Part shown: piece after piece, positions 1-8,809 of the stretch
How the letters are laid out: the number at the start of each line of letters is the position of its first letter
Position numbering within the stretch: position 1 is the stretch's first letter
Assembly (NCBI GenBank): GCA_035534935.1
Contig: DATLRA010000071.1
Location: 1 to 56,707 of the forward strand
Length of the DNA stretch: 56,707 bases
Reading direction: 5' to 3'
Source of the DNA: Candidatus Binataceae bacterium
Lineage (GTDB): Bacteria; Desulfobacterota; Binatia; Binatales; Binataceae
Position numbers and translations under genes: made by a program
The notes under the pieces: model-generated
Database searches by the model: none
Told to the model about the DNA's origin: nothing
What the model saw: the letters and a program-made list of their open reading frames with translations, nothing else

Positions 1-1
1 G

Positions 2-643
2 CGGCGGATCTTCGATCACGGCGAGGGCTGGCTGATCGACGGCCTGCAGGCGCTCGGGATGGAGCCGGGCGACGTGACCCACGTAATCCTCTCGCATCTC
101 CATTTCGACCATTGCGGTGGGATCGTGCGGCGGCGCGCGGCGGGTGGCTTCGCGCCGGCCTTTCCGCATGCGCGAATCTTTGTCCAGCGCGACGAACTCG
201 ACCTTGCCCGCGGCACGCGCAACGAACGGCTGCGCGCCGCCTATCGGCATGTCGAGGAATGCCTGCAGCCGGTCAGCGGATCGATCGAAGCAATGGCGGG
301 CGACGCGGAGATCGTCCCGGGCGTGTCGGCGATCGTCTCGGGCGGCCATACCGAGGGCCATCAGGTGACGATCGTGCATTCGGGCGGCGCGAGCTTTGTC
401 CATCTGGCGGATATCGTGCCGACGCGGTCCCATATGCGCGGACCGTGGAACCAGGCCTATGACCTGGATGCGATCCGCACGATGGACAGCAAGGCCGGCT
501 ATCTGGCGCGGGCGGTCGCCGAGCGCTGGTGGATCTCGTTCGCGCATGACGAGCGGGTCTTCGCCGCGCAAATTGAAAACGATCGCGGGCGGCTGGTGCT
601 GGGCGCCCGCATCGGCGTGCCCGGCGGCCTCGACGGGGTTTGA
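2..643 (+). CDS. MBL-fold metallo-hydrolase (5' end lies outside the window)
   Basis: The reading frame is open from base 2 with no stop. It contains the HxHxDH motif (SHLHFDHCGG) and a later GGHTEGH, typical of the metallo-beta-lactamase fold. Confidence 0.8.
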   Translation, partial: RRIFDHGEGWLIDGLQALGMEPGDVTHVILSHLHFDHCGGIVRRRAAGGFAPAFPHARIFVQRDELDLARGTRNERLRAAYRHVEECLQPVSGSIEAMAGDAEIVPGVSAIVSGGHTEGHQVTIVHSGGASFVHLADIVPTRSHMRGPWNQAYDLDAIRTMDSKAGYLARAVAERWWISFAHDERVFAAQIENDRGRLVLGARIGVPGGLDGV

Positions 644-742
644 GGCAATTGAATCACACGGCGAGCGAAATCGTCTCAAGGGAAGGCGCTACGCGCGGCG
701 ATCGCGCGGCGGAGCGCCGCGGTCCTGATATGGATATTAACT

Positions 743-751
743 TGTGGATAA
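743..751. promoter_or_regulatory. DnaA-box-like 9-mer TGTGGATAA (reverse complement of TTATCCACA)
   Basis: Exact match to the consensus DnaA box. It lies in an AT-rich intergenic leader and is bracketed by the 6-bp inverted repeat GGTCCT (721-726) / AGGACC (752-757). Only one perfect box was seen. Confidence 0.3.
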
Positions 752-866
752 GGACCGCATGAGGTGAGATTCTTCCTTGCTTCGCTCTGATACGGAGTTA
801 TACTTCAACAAGTGATGCGCTTTGCAAGCTGCACAGCTCCCAACCACCCGTACCGTTCCTCTCTCC

Positions 867-880
867 TGGCAGCCACCTGC
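867..880 (+). promoter_or_regulatory. Candidate sigma-54 (-24/-12) promoter for prkA
   Basis: TGGCAG-N5-CTGC has the GG and GC dinucleotides at the canonical spacing of TGGCAC-N5-TTGC. It ends 36 nt upstream of the prkA ATG, and an AAGGAG ribosome-binding site sits at 903-908. Confidence 0.4.
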
Positions 881-915
881 CTCGTGGAAGGTTTGCCCAA
901 CCAAGGAGTTAGCTG

Positions 916-2850
916 ATGGCCGAAGTGAATAGTTTTGAGCAGGTAATCAAACGGGATCGCGCGGCTCGTGAGTCCAAGCAATGGCGTGGAACGTTGCTTG
1001 AATACTTCGAGATGATCAAGGCCGACCCGCTGATGACCAAGCTCGCCCATGCGCGCATCTACGACATGATCATCACGCAGGGCATGCGCAGCATCCATGA
1101 CACCGACGATCCGCGGACCAAGCGTCTGTACAAAGACGAGCCGATCAAGGTTTACAATTTCTTCGCGGACGAATTTTTCGGCATCGAGCGAACGATCGCG
1201 CAGATCGTCCGCTACTTCCATTCGGCCTCGCTCAAGGGCGAGGAGAGCCGGCAGGTGCTGTACCTGATGGGTCCGGTGGGCTCGGGCAAGAGTTCGCTGG
1301 TCGAGCGCGTGCAGCGCGGGCTCGAGCAGGTTGGCGCGGTCTACGTGATCGAAGGTTGCCCGATGCATGAGGAGCCGCTGCATCTGATTCCGCGCCATCT
1401 GCGGCGCGAGTTCGAGAAGATGCTCGGGGTGCATATCGAGGGCGACTTGTGCCCGGTATGCCGCTATCGCCTCAAAGAGGAATTTGGCCAGCGCTACGAA
1501 GAGTTCCCCATTGAGACGCGCAGCTTCTCCAAGCGCAACCGGGTCGGCGTCGGCGTGGTGCCGCCGGTCGATCCGAATAACCAGGACACCTCGGTGCTGA
1601 TCGGTTCCGAGGACATCTCGAAGCTCGATCAATACTCCGAGGGCGATCCGCGCGTGCTCGAGCTCAACGGCGCGCTCAACGTCGGCAATCGCGGCCTCGT
1701 CGAGTTCATCGAGGTGTTCAAGAACGAGACCGAGTACCTGCACGCGATGATCACGGCGACCCAGGAAAAGGTGATTCCGGCGCCCGGCCGCCACGGCATG
1801 GTCTATGTCGACACCTGCATTATCGCCCATTCGAACGAGGCGGAATGGCAGAAGTTCAAGGCCGATCACACCAACGAGGCGATTCTCGATCGTATCGTCG
1901 TGGTCAAGGTGCCGTACAATCTGCGCCTCTCGGAAGAGGTCAAGATCTACCAGAAGATCATCCGCAATTCGGAGTTCCGCGCCCACGTCGCGCCGCACAC
2001 GCTCGAGCTCGCCTCGATGTTCGCGATTCTGTCGCGGCTCGAACCGACCTCGAAGTGCGATCTGATGACGAAGCTGCGTCTGTACAACGGCGAAGAGGTG
2101 GTCGAGAAGGGCCGCACCAAGAAGATCGACGTGCAGGAGCTCAAGGAAGACACCAAGCGCGAGGGCATGAACGGCATCTCGACCCGCTTCATCATGAAGG
2201 CGCTCGACAACGCGTTGTCGGACAACGTCGCCGGCAACTGCATCAATCCGATCAACGTGCGCGAGGCGATCATCTCGATGACCAAGGAGGCCGACCTCGC
2301 CGACGACACGCGCAAGCAGTATCTCGAGCTGCTGCAGGACACCCTGCACAAGGAATATCTCGATCTGCTGGAAAAAGAGATCACGCGCGCGTTCGTCTAC
2401 TCGTACCAGGAGCAGGCCGAGGCGCTGTTCCAGAATTACCTCGATCACGCCGAGTCGTTCGTCAACAAGACCAAGGTGCGCGACCGCAACACCAAGGAGG
2501 AGCTGCCGCCCGACGAGGGCTTCCTCAAGTCGATCGAGGAGCAGATAGCGATCATCGGATCGGCGGCCGAGGGCTTCCGCCAGGAGGTGATCGCCTACTT
2601 GTGGGCGACATCGCGGCGCGGCGAAAAGGTCAGCTACCGAAGCTACGAGCCGCTCAAGGAGGCGATCGAAAAGAAGCTCATGACCTCGGTGCGCGACATC
2701 TCGCGGATCATCACCAAGGCGCGCACCCGCGACGAGGAGCAGACCGACAAGTACCATTCGATGGTCCAGAACCTGCTCGAGAACGGGTACTGCGAATCGT
2801 GCGTCGACGTGGTGCTGAAGTACGCGGCGAACAATTTGTGGAAAGACTGA
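916..2850 (+). CDS. prkA: PrkA family serine protein kinase (YeaG-like)
   Basis: 644 aa with a Walker A motif (GPVGSGKSS) and a typical PrkA N-terminus. It is followed by DUF444 and SpoVR genes, the conserved triad. Confidence 0.93.
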   Translation: MAEVNSFEQVIKRDRAARESKQWRGTLLEYFEMIKADPLMTKLAHARIYDMIITQGMRSIHDTDDPRTKRLYKDEPIKVYNFFADEFFGIERTIAQIVRYFHSASLKGEESRQVLYLMGPVGSGKSSLVERVQRGLEQVGAVYVIEGCPMHEEPLHLIPRHLRREFEKMLGVHIEGDLCPVCRYRLKEEFGQRYEEFPIETRSFSKRNRVGVGVVPPVDPNNQDTSVLIGSEDISKLDQYSEGDPRVLELNGALNVGNRGLVEFIEVFKNETEYLHAMITATQEKVIPAPGRHGMVYVDTCIIAHSNEAEWQKFKADHTNEAILDRIVVVKVPYNLRLSEEVKIYQKIIRNSEFRAHVAPHTLELASMFAILSRLEPTSKCDLMTKLRLYNGEEVVEKGRTKKIDVQELKEDTKREGMNGISTRFIMKALDNALSDNVAGNCINPINVREAIISMTKEADLADDTRKQYLELLQDTLHKEYLDLLEKEITRAFVYSYQEQAEALFQNYLDHAESFVNKTKVRDRNTKEELPPDEGFLKSIEEQIAIIGSAAEGFRQEVIAYLWATSRRGEKVSYRSYEPLKEAIEKKLMTSVRDISRIITKARTRDEEQTDKYHSMVQNLLENGYCESCVDVVLKYAANNLWKD

Positions 2851-2864
2851 GGGGAAAGACTAAA

Positions 2865-3164
2865 ATGGATATAGCTGAGGCTCTACCTATACTCCAGCGT
2901 CTGTATGAGCCCCTTTGGAAGGATATGAAGTTGCGGGTGTACGACGATCATATCTGCGATAGTGACCATGCACCCGGGGCGTGCCCGTATCCCGACTCGG
3001 CCAAGTACACGAAATTGGACGCCATGCTTGACACGCCGGAAGCTCTCGAAAACAGACTGCGAAGAGGCGGTCCTCTGAAACCGTCCCAGGATGAGCCGAT
3101 GTTCTTCACGCACATTCGCGGTGCGGTGAGAACGCTTCGGAGCCTCGTCCGTGAGTGGAACTGA
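2865..3164 (+). CDS. Hypothetical small protein (99 aa) inserted between prkA and yeaH
   Basis: The ATG is preceded by GAGGGGAAAG at about 7 nt. Composition and codons are atypical for this window (ATA, CTA, AGA, AAA used). It contains the Cys/His patch HICDSDHAPGAC. I recognise no family. Confidence 0.4.
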   Translation: MDIAEALPILQRLYEPLWKDMKLRVYDDHICDSDHAPGACPYPDSAKYTKLDAMLDTPEALENRLRRGGPLKPSQDEPMFFTHIRGAVRTLRSLVREWN

Positions 3165-3342
3165 TGACGCCGGACGGACGGCGCGCGCGGGCAGTTTGGC
3201 GCGAACGCTCGCCCAGATCGTCGTGAGCGCATCGGTGCTGGGAACCTGCCTGTACGTTATTCTGTCGCAGCGGTTTCCAGGGGATACGATGAAGTGGGCG
3301 TACGGAATGGTTAGAGTGATCACCGGTTATTGGCTCAGGTGA
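3151..3342 (+). CDS. Hypothetical small membrane protein (63 aa, GTG start)
   Basis: Overlaps the previous ORF by 14 nt. It has one hydrophobic stretch (LAQIVVSASVLGTCLYVIL) and no clear ribosome-binding site. Coding status is uncertain. Confidence 0.25.
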   Translation: MSGTDDAGRTARAGSLARTLAQIVVSASVLGTCLYVILSQRFPGDTMKWAYGMVRVITGYWLR

Positions 3343-3441
3343 TCAGGGACTTTGAGTCTGGCGACCGTCCCGCGCGGGCGGGTCGAGGTATGTAGCTTTC
3401 AGACTCAGAGGGAGCGCGTCATCGAGAAGTCCCGAGGGTTT

Positions 3442-4653
3442 ATGACCAGTGAGACCATCTTTCGCGAGTACCGAATCTCGGACGCCGAACGCTCCGACCG
3501 TTCGGCCGGCGATCGCCTGCGTCATCGCGAGAAGGTGCGCGAGTCGATCCGCGAAAATATCGCCGACATCATCGCCGAAGAATCGATCATCGGCAAAGAC
3601 AAGGACAAGGTCATCAAGGTTCCCTTGCGCGGGATCAAGGAATACCGCTTCGTATACGGCGACAATGCGCCGGGCGCGGCGCAAGGCGACGGCGACGCGC
3701 GGCCGGGCCAGGTGGTCGGCAAGAACGGCAAGGACGGGCAGGGCCAGGGCGAGGGCCAGGCGGGCGACCGTCCGGGAATCGACTATTACGAAACCGACGT
3801 CACGCTCGAGGAGCTGATCGAGATCATGTTCGAGGATCTCGAACTGCCCAATCTCGAGCGGCGCGCGCTGCGCGAAATCGCCTCCGACAGTTTCTCCAAG
3901 CGCAAGGGTTACCGCCACGTTGGCATCCGCGTGCGGCTCGACAAGCGGCGCACCGCGCGCCAGCGCGTCAAGCGGGTGCTCGCGACGCGCCACAACCAGA
4001 TCGCGCAGGGGCTGGCGCCGAAGCTCGGCGCCGACGGCAAGGAGCGGCGTTTTCCGTTCCATCAGGACGACCTGCGCTACAAGCATCTCGAGACCGACGT
4101 GCGCGAGGAATCCAACGCGGTCGTGCTCTGCATCATGGATACCTCGGGCTCGATGGACACGATGAAGAAGTATCTGGCGCGGAGCTTCTTTTTCCTGCTC
4201 TATCAATTTATCTCGACGCGCTACCGCAACGTCGAAATCGTCTTCATCGCGCATCACACGGAGGCCAACGAAGTCGGCGAAGAGGAATTTTTTCACAAGG
4301 GCGAGTCGGGTGGCACGTTTATCTCGTCGGGCTACCAGAAGGCGCTCGACATCATCGCCGCGCGGTATCATCCGTCGATGTGGAACCTGTACGCGTTCCA
4401 TTGTTCGGACGGCGACAACTTCGACTCCGACAATCCGGCGGCGCTGCGCGCGGCCAAGGAGTTGAGCGACTTGTGCAACCTGTTCGGCTACGGCGAGATC
4501 AAGCCGCTCGGTTCGCGTTACTATGAGTCCTCGATGCTCAACGTCTTCCGCCGCCTCGACGCGCCTAATTTTCAGGCCGTGCTGATCGAGCGCAAGGAAG
4601 ATATCTGGCCGTCGTTCAAGGCCTTTCTGTCGAAAGATAAAGTCAAGGAATAG
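3442..4653 (+). CDS. yeaH: YeaH/YhbH family protein (DUF444)
   Basis: The N-terminus MTSETIFREYRISDAERSDRSAGDRLRHREKV and a vWA-like core (VVLCIMDTSGSM) are typical of DUF444. It sits between prkA and spoVR. I prefer the ATG at 3442 over the ORF-track start at 3352. Confidence 0.9.
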   Translation: MTSETIFREYRISDAERSDRSAGDRLRHREKVRESIRENIADIIAEESIIGKDKDKVIKVPLRGIKEYRFVYGDNAPGAAQGDGDARPGQVVGKNGKDGQGQGEGQAGDRPGIDYYETDVTLEELIEIMFEDLELPNLERRALREIASDSFSKRKGYRHVGIRVRLDKRRTARQRVKRVLATRHNQIAQGLAPKLGADGKERRFPFHQDDLRYKHLETDVREESNAVVLCIMDTSGSMDTMKKYLARSFFFLLYQFISTRYRNVEIVFIAHHTEANEVGEEEFFHKGESGGTFISSGYQKALDIIAARYHPSMWNLYAFHCSDGDNFDSDNPAALRAAKELSDLCNLFGYGEIKPLGSRYYESSMLNVFRRLDAPNFQAVLIERKEDIWPSFKAFLSKDKVKE

Positions 4654-4707
4654 TCCGCGGCTGGCGCCGGACGGCGCGCCGTTCCGGGGCTGAGGACGCG
4701 GATCGAC

Positions 4708-6138
4708 ATGGCGAACTACGAAATCACCGACCTGGTCGAATGGGACAACCGGATTCGCGAGAAGGCCGCGGCCTTCGGCCTGACCTGGTACCCGCAGGAG
4801 TTCGAGATCTGCGACCACAACGGGATGCTCGGCTACATGGCGTACTCCGGGATGCCGTCGCATTACCCGCACTGGTCATACGGCAAGTCGTACGAGAAGC
4901 TCAAGACGCTCTACGATTACGGCGTCAATGGGCTGCCGTACGAGATGGTAATTAACTCCGATCCGGCGATCGCCTACCTGATGCGCGACAACACGCTGCT
5001 GCTGCAAATCCTGACCATCGCGCACGTTTACGGGCACAACGATTTCTTCAAGAACAATTTCACTTTCAAGTCGACCCGCGCCGAGTTGACCATCGAGCGC
5101 TTCAAGGCGCATGCGCTGCGCGTGCGGCGCTATACCGAGGATCCGTCGATCGGTATCGAAAAGGTCGAGCGGATTCTCGATGCCGGCCACGCGCTGGCCT
5201 GGCAATGCCGGCGCAACCTGGCGATCCGCAAGCTCGACCCCGCCGAGCAGGCGACGCGGCTGGTTGAGGCGGCCCATCCGCGCCACGATCCGTTTGCGCG
5301 CCTGCACGTCCGCCAGGAATTCCACGAGCCAGACATGAACAAGGTGCCGCTCGAACCCGACGAAGACGTGCTGCTGTTCATCCGCGACCACAATCCGCAG
5401 TTGCAAGAATGGGAGAAAGATCTGCTGACCATCGTGGACGAGGAAGCCAAGTATTTCCTGCCCCTGATGGAAACCAAGATCATGAACGAGGGCTGGGCGA
5501 GCTACTGGCACAAGAAGATCGTCGAATCGCTCGAGCTCGAACAGGGACTGCATCTCGAATTTATCGTGCGGCATAACCAGGTGCTGCGGCCGATACCGGG
5601 GCAGGTCAATCCGTACCACCTGGGCTTCAAGATCTGGGAGGATATCTACCGGCGCCATACTGAGCCAACGCCCGAGGAGATCAAGAAGTACGGCGCGCCG
5701 GCCAAGAACGGCACCGACAAGATTTTCGAGGCGCGCGAAGTCGAGCGCGACACCTCGTTTCTGCGCCGCTACCTGACCGAAGAGCTGATGCGCGAGATGG
5801 ACATGTTCCAGTACGAGGCGCGCGGCGACGAGCTGGTGGTCGACAAGGTTTCGGACGTCGAGGGCTGGAAAACCGTCAAAGAGACGCTGATCAAAAACGT
5901 CGGCACCGGATCGATTCCGGTGATCAAGGTCGAGGACGCGGATTTCGGCCACAACCGCACGCTCTATCTGAAGCACGTCCACGACGGGCGCGACCTGCAG
6001 CTCGAATACGCCGAGAAGACTATCTCGTTCATCTATCGTCTGTGGGGCCGCGAATGCGTGCTCGAGACCGCGCTGCAGGGCAAACGATCGCTGCTCTGCT
6101 TCAACGATCGCGGCTTCTCGGTCCGCGCCCTCAAGTAG
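4708..6138 (+). CDS. spoVR: SpoVR family protein
   Basis: 476 aa with SpoVR-like conserved blocks (HVYGHNDFFKNN, IMNEGWASYWH). It is the third member of the PrkA/YeaH/SpoVR triad. Confidence 0.92.
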   Translation: MANYEITDLVEWDNRIREKAAAFGLTWYPQEFEICDHNGMLGYMAYSGMPSHYPHWSYGKSYEKLKTLYDYGVNGLPYEMVINSDPAIAYLMRDNTLLLQILTIAHVYGHNDFFKNNFTFKSTRAELTIERFKAHALRVRRYTEDPSIGIEKVERILDAGHALAWQCRRNLAIRKLDPAEQATRLVEAAHPRHDPFARLHVRQEFHEPDMNKVPLEPDEDVLLFIRDHNPQLQEWEKDLLTIVDEEAKYFLPLMETKIMNEGWASYWHKKIVESLELEQGLHLEFIVRHNQVLRPIPGQVNPYHLGFKIWEDIYRRHTEPTPEEIKKYGAPAKNGTDKIFEAREVERDTSFLRRYLTEELMREMDMFQYEARGDELVVDKVSDVEGWKTVKETLIKNVGTGSIPVIKVEDADFGHNRTLYLKHVHDGRDLQLEYAEKTISFIYRLWGRECVLETALQGKRSLLCFNDRGFSVRALK

Positions 6139-6155
6139 CGCCGCGGGCGTGCGGC

Positions 6156-7268
6156 TTACACGCGGATGGGATCGAGCAAACCGCCTAGCACGTGGAGCGC
6201 TTCATACAAATAATAGCTGCCCCAGATCAGTTCGTGCTTCGGCGCCAGGTTGATGCGCTGATTGTAGCAACCCTGCCAGAGACCGCCTTCAGGCCCCAGA
6301 TAATTTTCGCCTAGAGCACGGACTGTCGCGGCGGCGGCGGCGCGATATTCGCGGCGCTCGTGATCGTCGGAGGTGAGCGCGGCCAGCTTGAGCATCGCGG
6401 CGGCGGCGATCGCGGTCGCCGAGGTGTCGCGATTGCACGCCGGAATCGCCGGATCGTCGAAGTCCCAGTACGCCACGCGATCGGCCGGCGCATGCTCGAG
6501 CCACCATCGCGTGGCCCGCCGCGCCGGTTCGAGCAGCGCGCGATCGCCCGTCCAATGGGCCGCGAGCGTCCATCCGAGCATCGCCCAGGCTTGCGCGCGC
6601 GCCCACGTGCTGTGATCGGAAATTCCCTTATGCGTGTAGCGGCGGGTGACGGCGCCGGTCTGCGGATCGAACGACGCGGACTGGCAGATCGAGCCGTCGG
6701 CGCGCAGGCAGAACTCGATATGGCGATGGGCGTGGCGGATACCGATTTCGCGAAGCTTGGGATTGCCGGTTTCGCGCGCCGCCCAAGCCAGGATCGCGGC
6801 GATCTGCACAACGTCGATCTCGGAATCGCCCGCGCCCACGCTATGCACCTCTTCGAACTCGGCGCCGAGCGGAATCACCTCGGCATGCGGATTGTACGCC
6901 GCCGCGAGCGAGCGGGCCGCGGCAATCCCGAGCTCGCGCGCCATCGCGTTGCCGGTGAGAATCGCGCCGAGCGCCGCGCCGTAATAAAAGAGCAGGCCGC
7001 GCGCCGAGCTCTGCGAATCGACGCGTGGGCGCAGCCGCGCCGTCCAATGCTCGGCGAGGTGCGTGTAGCGATGATCGTTGGTTGCCGCGGCCGTCAGCCA
7101 GAGCATCGCAATCCAGTAGCCGCCGGTCCAATCGCCGGCCGGCGTGAGCGTCCAGGCGCCCGTGGCAGGGTCGGCGTAATGGGGAAAGCCGTCGCCGGCG
7201 GTCGCGGCGGTCTGGTCGATGCGCGTGCGCATCCGCGCGATCGCCGCGGAATAATCGAATTTGCTCAT
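6156..7268 (-). CDS. Glycoside hydrolase family 88-like protein (unsaturated glucuronyl hydrolase-like)
   Basis: 370 aa with aromatic-rich blocks (DWTGGYWIAMLWL, YWDFDDP, STWARAQAWAMLGW) resembling GH88/GH105 (alpha/alpha)6-barrel enzymes. Confidence 0.65.
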   Translation of the reverse strand: MSKFDYSAAIARMRTRIDQTAATAGDGFPHYADPATGAWTLTPAGDWTGGYWIAMLWLTAAATNDHRYTHLAEHWTARLRPRVDSQSSARGLLFYYGAALGAILTGNAMARELGIAAARSLAAAYNPHAEVIPLGAEFEEVHSVGAGDSEIDVVQIAAILAWAARETGNPKLREIGIRHAHRHIEFCLRADGSICQSASFDPQTGAVTRRYTHKGISDHSTWARAQAWAMLGWTLAAHWTGDRALLEPARRATRWWLEHAPADRVAYWDFDDPAIPACNRDTSATAIAAAAMLKLAALTSDDHERREYRAAAAATVRALGENYLGPEGGLWQGCYNQRINLAPKHELIWGSYYLYEALHVLGGLLDPIRV

Positions 7269-7366
7269 GCGGATCTGCTCATGCGGATTTACCGTTTGCG
7301 CGGTCGTTCATTTCATCCTGCCCGCCGCCCGGCGGCTTGCGGCGCGTCGCGCGGGCGGCCGCCGCG

Positions 7367-8137
7367 CTACTTCAGGTGCGTGCGAAAAAACGCGAGCATC
7401 TTGGGCCACAGATCGAAGGCCGGCTTTTCCCGGTAGCTCGGACGGTAGTCGGCGAAAAAGGCGTGGCCCGCGTCGGGGAAAACTTCGACCGTGAATTTTT
7501 TGCCGGCCGCGGCCAGCCGCGTGCGCAGCGCATCGGCGTCGGCTGGCGAGGGATTCTGATCCTCCGCGCCGCACACGACGTAGAGCGGACAGTGCAACTG
7601 CGCGGCGAGATCGATCACCGGCGTGGGCCGCGCGGGAGTGGCCGCCGCGGCGGGCGTGGCGCGCGTGATAAAGCCGCCCCAGCAATCGATAGCGGCGTCG
7701 ACCCGGCCGCTCGAGCAGGCAAAGAGCAGCGTCCAGCGCCCGCCGACGCAAAACCCGACGCATCCGAGCTTGCCGCTGGCGCCCGGCTGCGCGCGGACGA
7801 AGGCCGCCGCCGCCTCGAAATCGCGCACCAGTTGCGCGTCGCTCAGGCCGAACATCTTGGCCCGCACCTCGGTCATGTCGGTGGGGTCGCGCAGCGCGCC
7901 GACGCGCGAATAGACGTCGGGGGCGAGTGCGATAAAGCCCGAGTTGGCGAAGCGGCGCGCGACGTCGCGCTCGTGCTCGACGAGGCCGAAGGCTTCGTGC
8001 AGGACGATCACGCCGGGATAGATGCCGGGCGCTTTGGGCCGCGCGAGGTAGCCGCGCATCGCAAAGCCGTCGCTCTGAAAGGTGATCTCGCTGGTCTCAA
8101 GCGAGGCGGGATTGGTTACCTCACCGGCCAAAGCCAT
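7367..8137 (-). CDS. Dienelactone hydrolase family protein
   Basis: PGVIVLHEAFGL...VGFCVGG fits the nucleophile-elbow Cys context of the DLH family. The start is set at the internal ATG (MALAGEV) rather than the long ORF-track start. Confidence 0.85.
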   Translation of the reverse strand: MALAGEVTNPASLETSEITFQSDGFAMRGYLARPKAPGIYPGVIVLHEAFGLVEHERDVARRFANSGFIALAPDVYSRVGALRDPTDMTEVRAKMFGLSDAQLVRDFEAAAAFVRAQPGASGKLGCVGFCVGGRWTLLFACSSGRVDAAIDCWGGFITRATPAAAATPARPTPVIDLAAQLHCPLYVVCGAEDQNPSPADADALRTRLAAAGKKFTVEVFPDAGHAFFADYRPSYREKPAFDLWPKMLAFFRTHLK

Positions 8138-8174
8138 AATCGTGTACCTCGTGTTTGATCGATGATCGCATCGC

Positions 8175-8633
8175 CTATGCGAACTGCTTGCGCGCCCAGC
8201 CCTCGTCGTAGGGGGTGAGGAAATGGGTGCGGACGGTAAGCCGCACGAATCGCCATCCGTCCCCGGTGCGGGCGTATTCGTCGTGATAGGCCGCGGCGAG
8301 CCATACCGCTTGATTACCTTTGGCCATCGTCGCCGGCTGGAGCAGATTCCAGACGGCGGTGGCCCGATCGCCGTCAATCTCGATAATCGGGTTCATTACG
8401 TTGTGCATGGCGAAGGGGAAAGATTCGCTGGCACGGGCAAAGAACTTGCGGATCGCGGCGCGACCCTCGGCGATGCCGAGCGTGCCGCCGTCCCATACCG
8501 CATCGTCGGTGAAGAGCGCGGCAATCGCGTCGGCGTCATAGTTATTGTCGCAGGCGGCGGCATAGCGGGCCTTGAGTTTGCGAATCTCTTCAATGTCTTC
8601 GAGCACCCGCAGGCGGTCTTCGAGCGTCTTCAT
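8175..8633 (-). CDS. SnoaL-like / NTF2-fold protein
   Basis: 152 aa. The MKTLEDRLRVLEDIEEIRKLKARYAAACD opening and overall length are typical of SnoaL_4/NTF2-like domains. Confidence 0.75.
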   Translation of the reverse strand: MKTLEDRLRVLEDIEEIRKLKARYAAACDNNYDADAIAALFTDDAVWDGGTLGIAEGRAAIRKFFARASESFPFAMHNVMNPIIEIDGDRATAVWNLLQPATMAKGNQAVWLAAAYHDEYARTGDGWRFVRLTVRTHFLTPYDEGWARKQFA

Positions 8634-8809
8634 CGGGATGCACCTCGGCGTGGGTAATGCCGCGCTACATTCAATAGCGCATTTCGCGTGGCGCGCCCAA
8701 AAGGCCGCATCGATGCGCGAAGGGCGCTTACTTTTGCTTATCCGATACGGCAAGCTGATAGTGATCGCGCGCGCATGGGGGCCGCGCCGCCACGCCGCAA
8801 CGGTTGCCG

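Noticed and set aside
761-800. GAGATTCTTCCTTGCTTCGCTCTGATACGG as a third, degenerate copy of the palindromic repeat.
   Set aside because: It shares only GATTCTTC and CGCTC-GA fragments, has no inverted partner, and cannot be distinguished from chance by eye.
661-915. Replication origin, suggested by a perfect DnaA box in an AT-rich spacer and dnaB in the same window.
   Set aside because: There is only one perfect box and no cluster of boxes. No dnaA, dnaN or other origin-linked genes are nearby, and dnaB is 24 kb away.
805-2757. 650-aa ORF antisense to prkA. Similar very long antisense or out-of-frame ORFs occur at 12907-15852 (981 aa), 16878-18902, 24080-25942, 30646-32247, 34892-37468 and 40791-42422.
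   Set aside because: Their translations are Arg/Ala/Gly/Leu-rich low-information strings with no motifs. They lie exactly opposite genes with strong family signatures. Long stop-free antisense frames are an expected artefact of high-GC codon bias.
2883-3323. 146-aa minus-strand ORF covering the prkA-yeaH spacer as an alternative to the two plus-strand small ORFs.
   Set aside because: It is Arg-rich and has no ribosome-binding site. It would be antisense within a co-directional operon. The plus-strand 99-aa ORF has a better start context, but none of these ORFs is proven.
6139-6155. Mini-hairpin GCCGC-GGGCGT-GCGGC between the convergent spoVR and GH88-like genes as a terminator.
   Set aside because: It has only a 5-bp stem and no U-tract, so the evidence is too weak to annotate.
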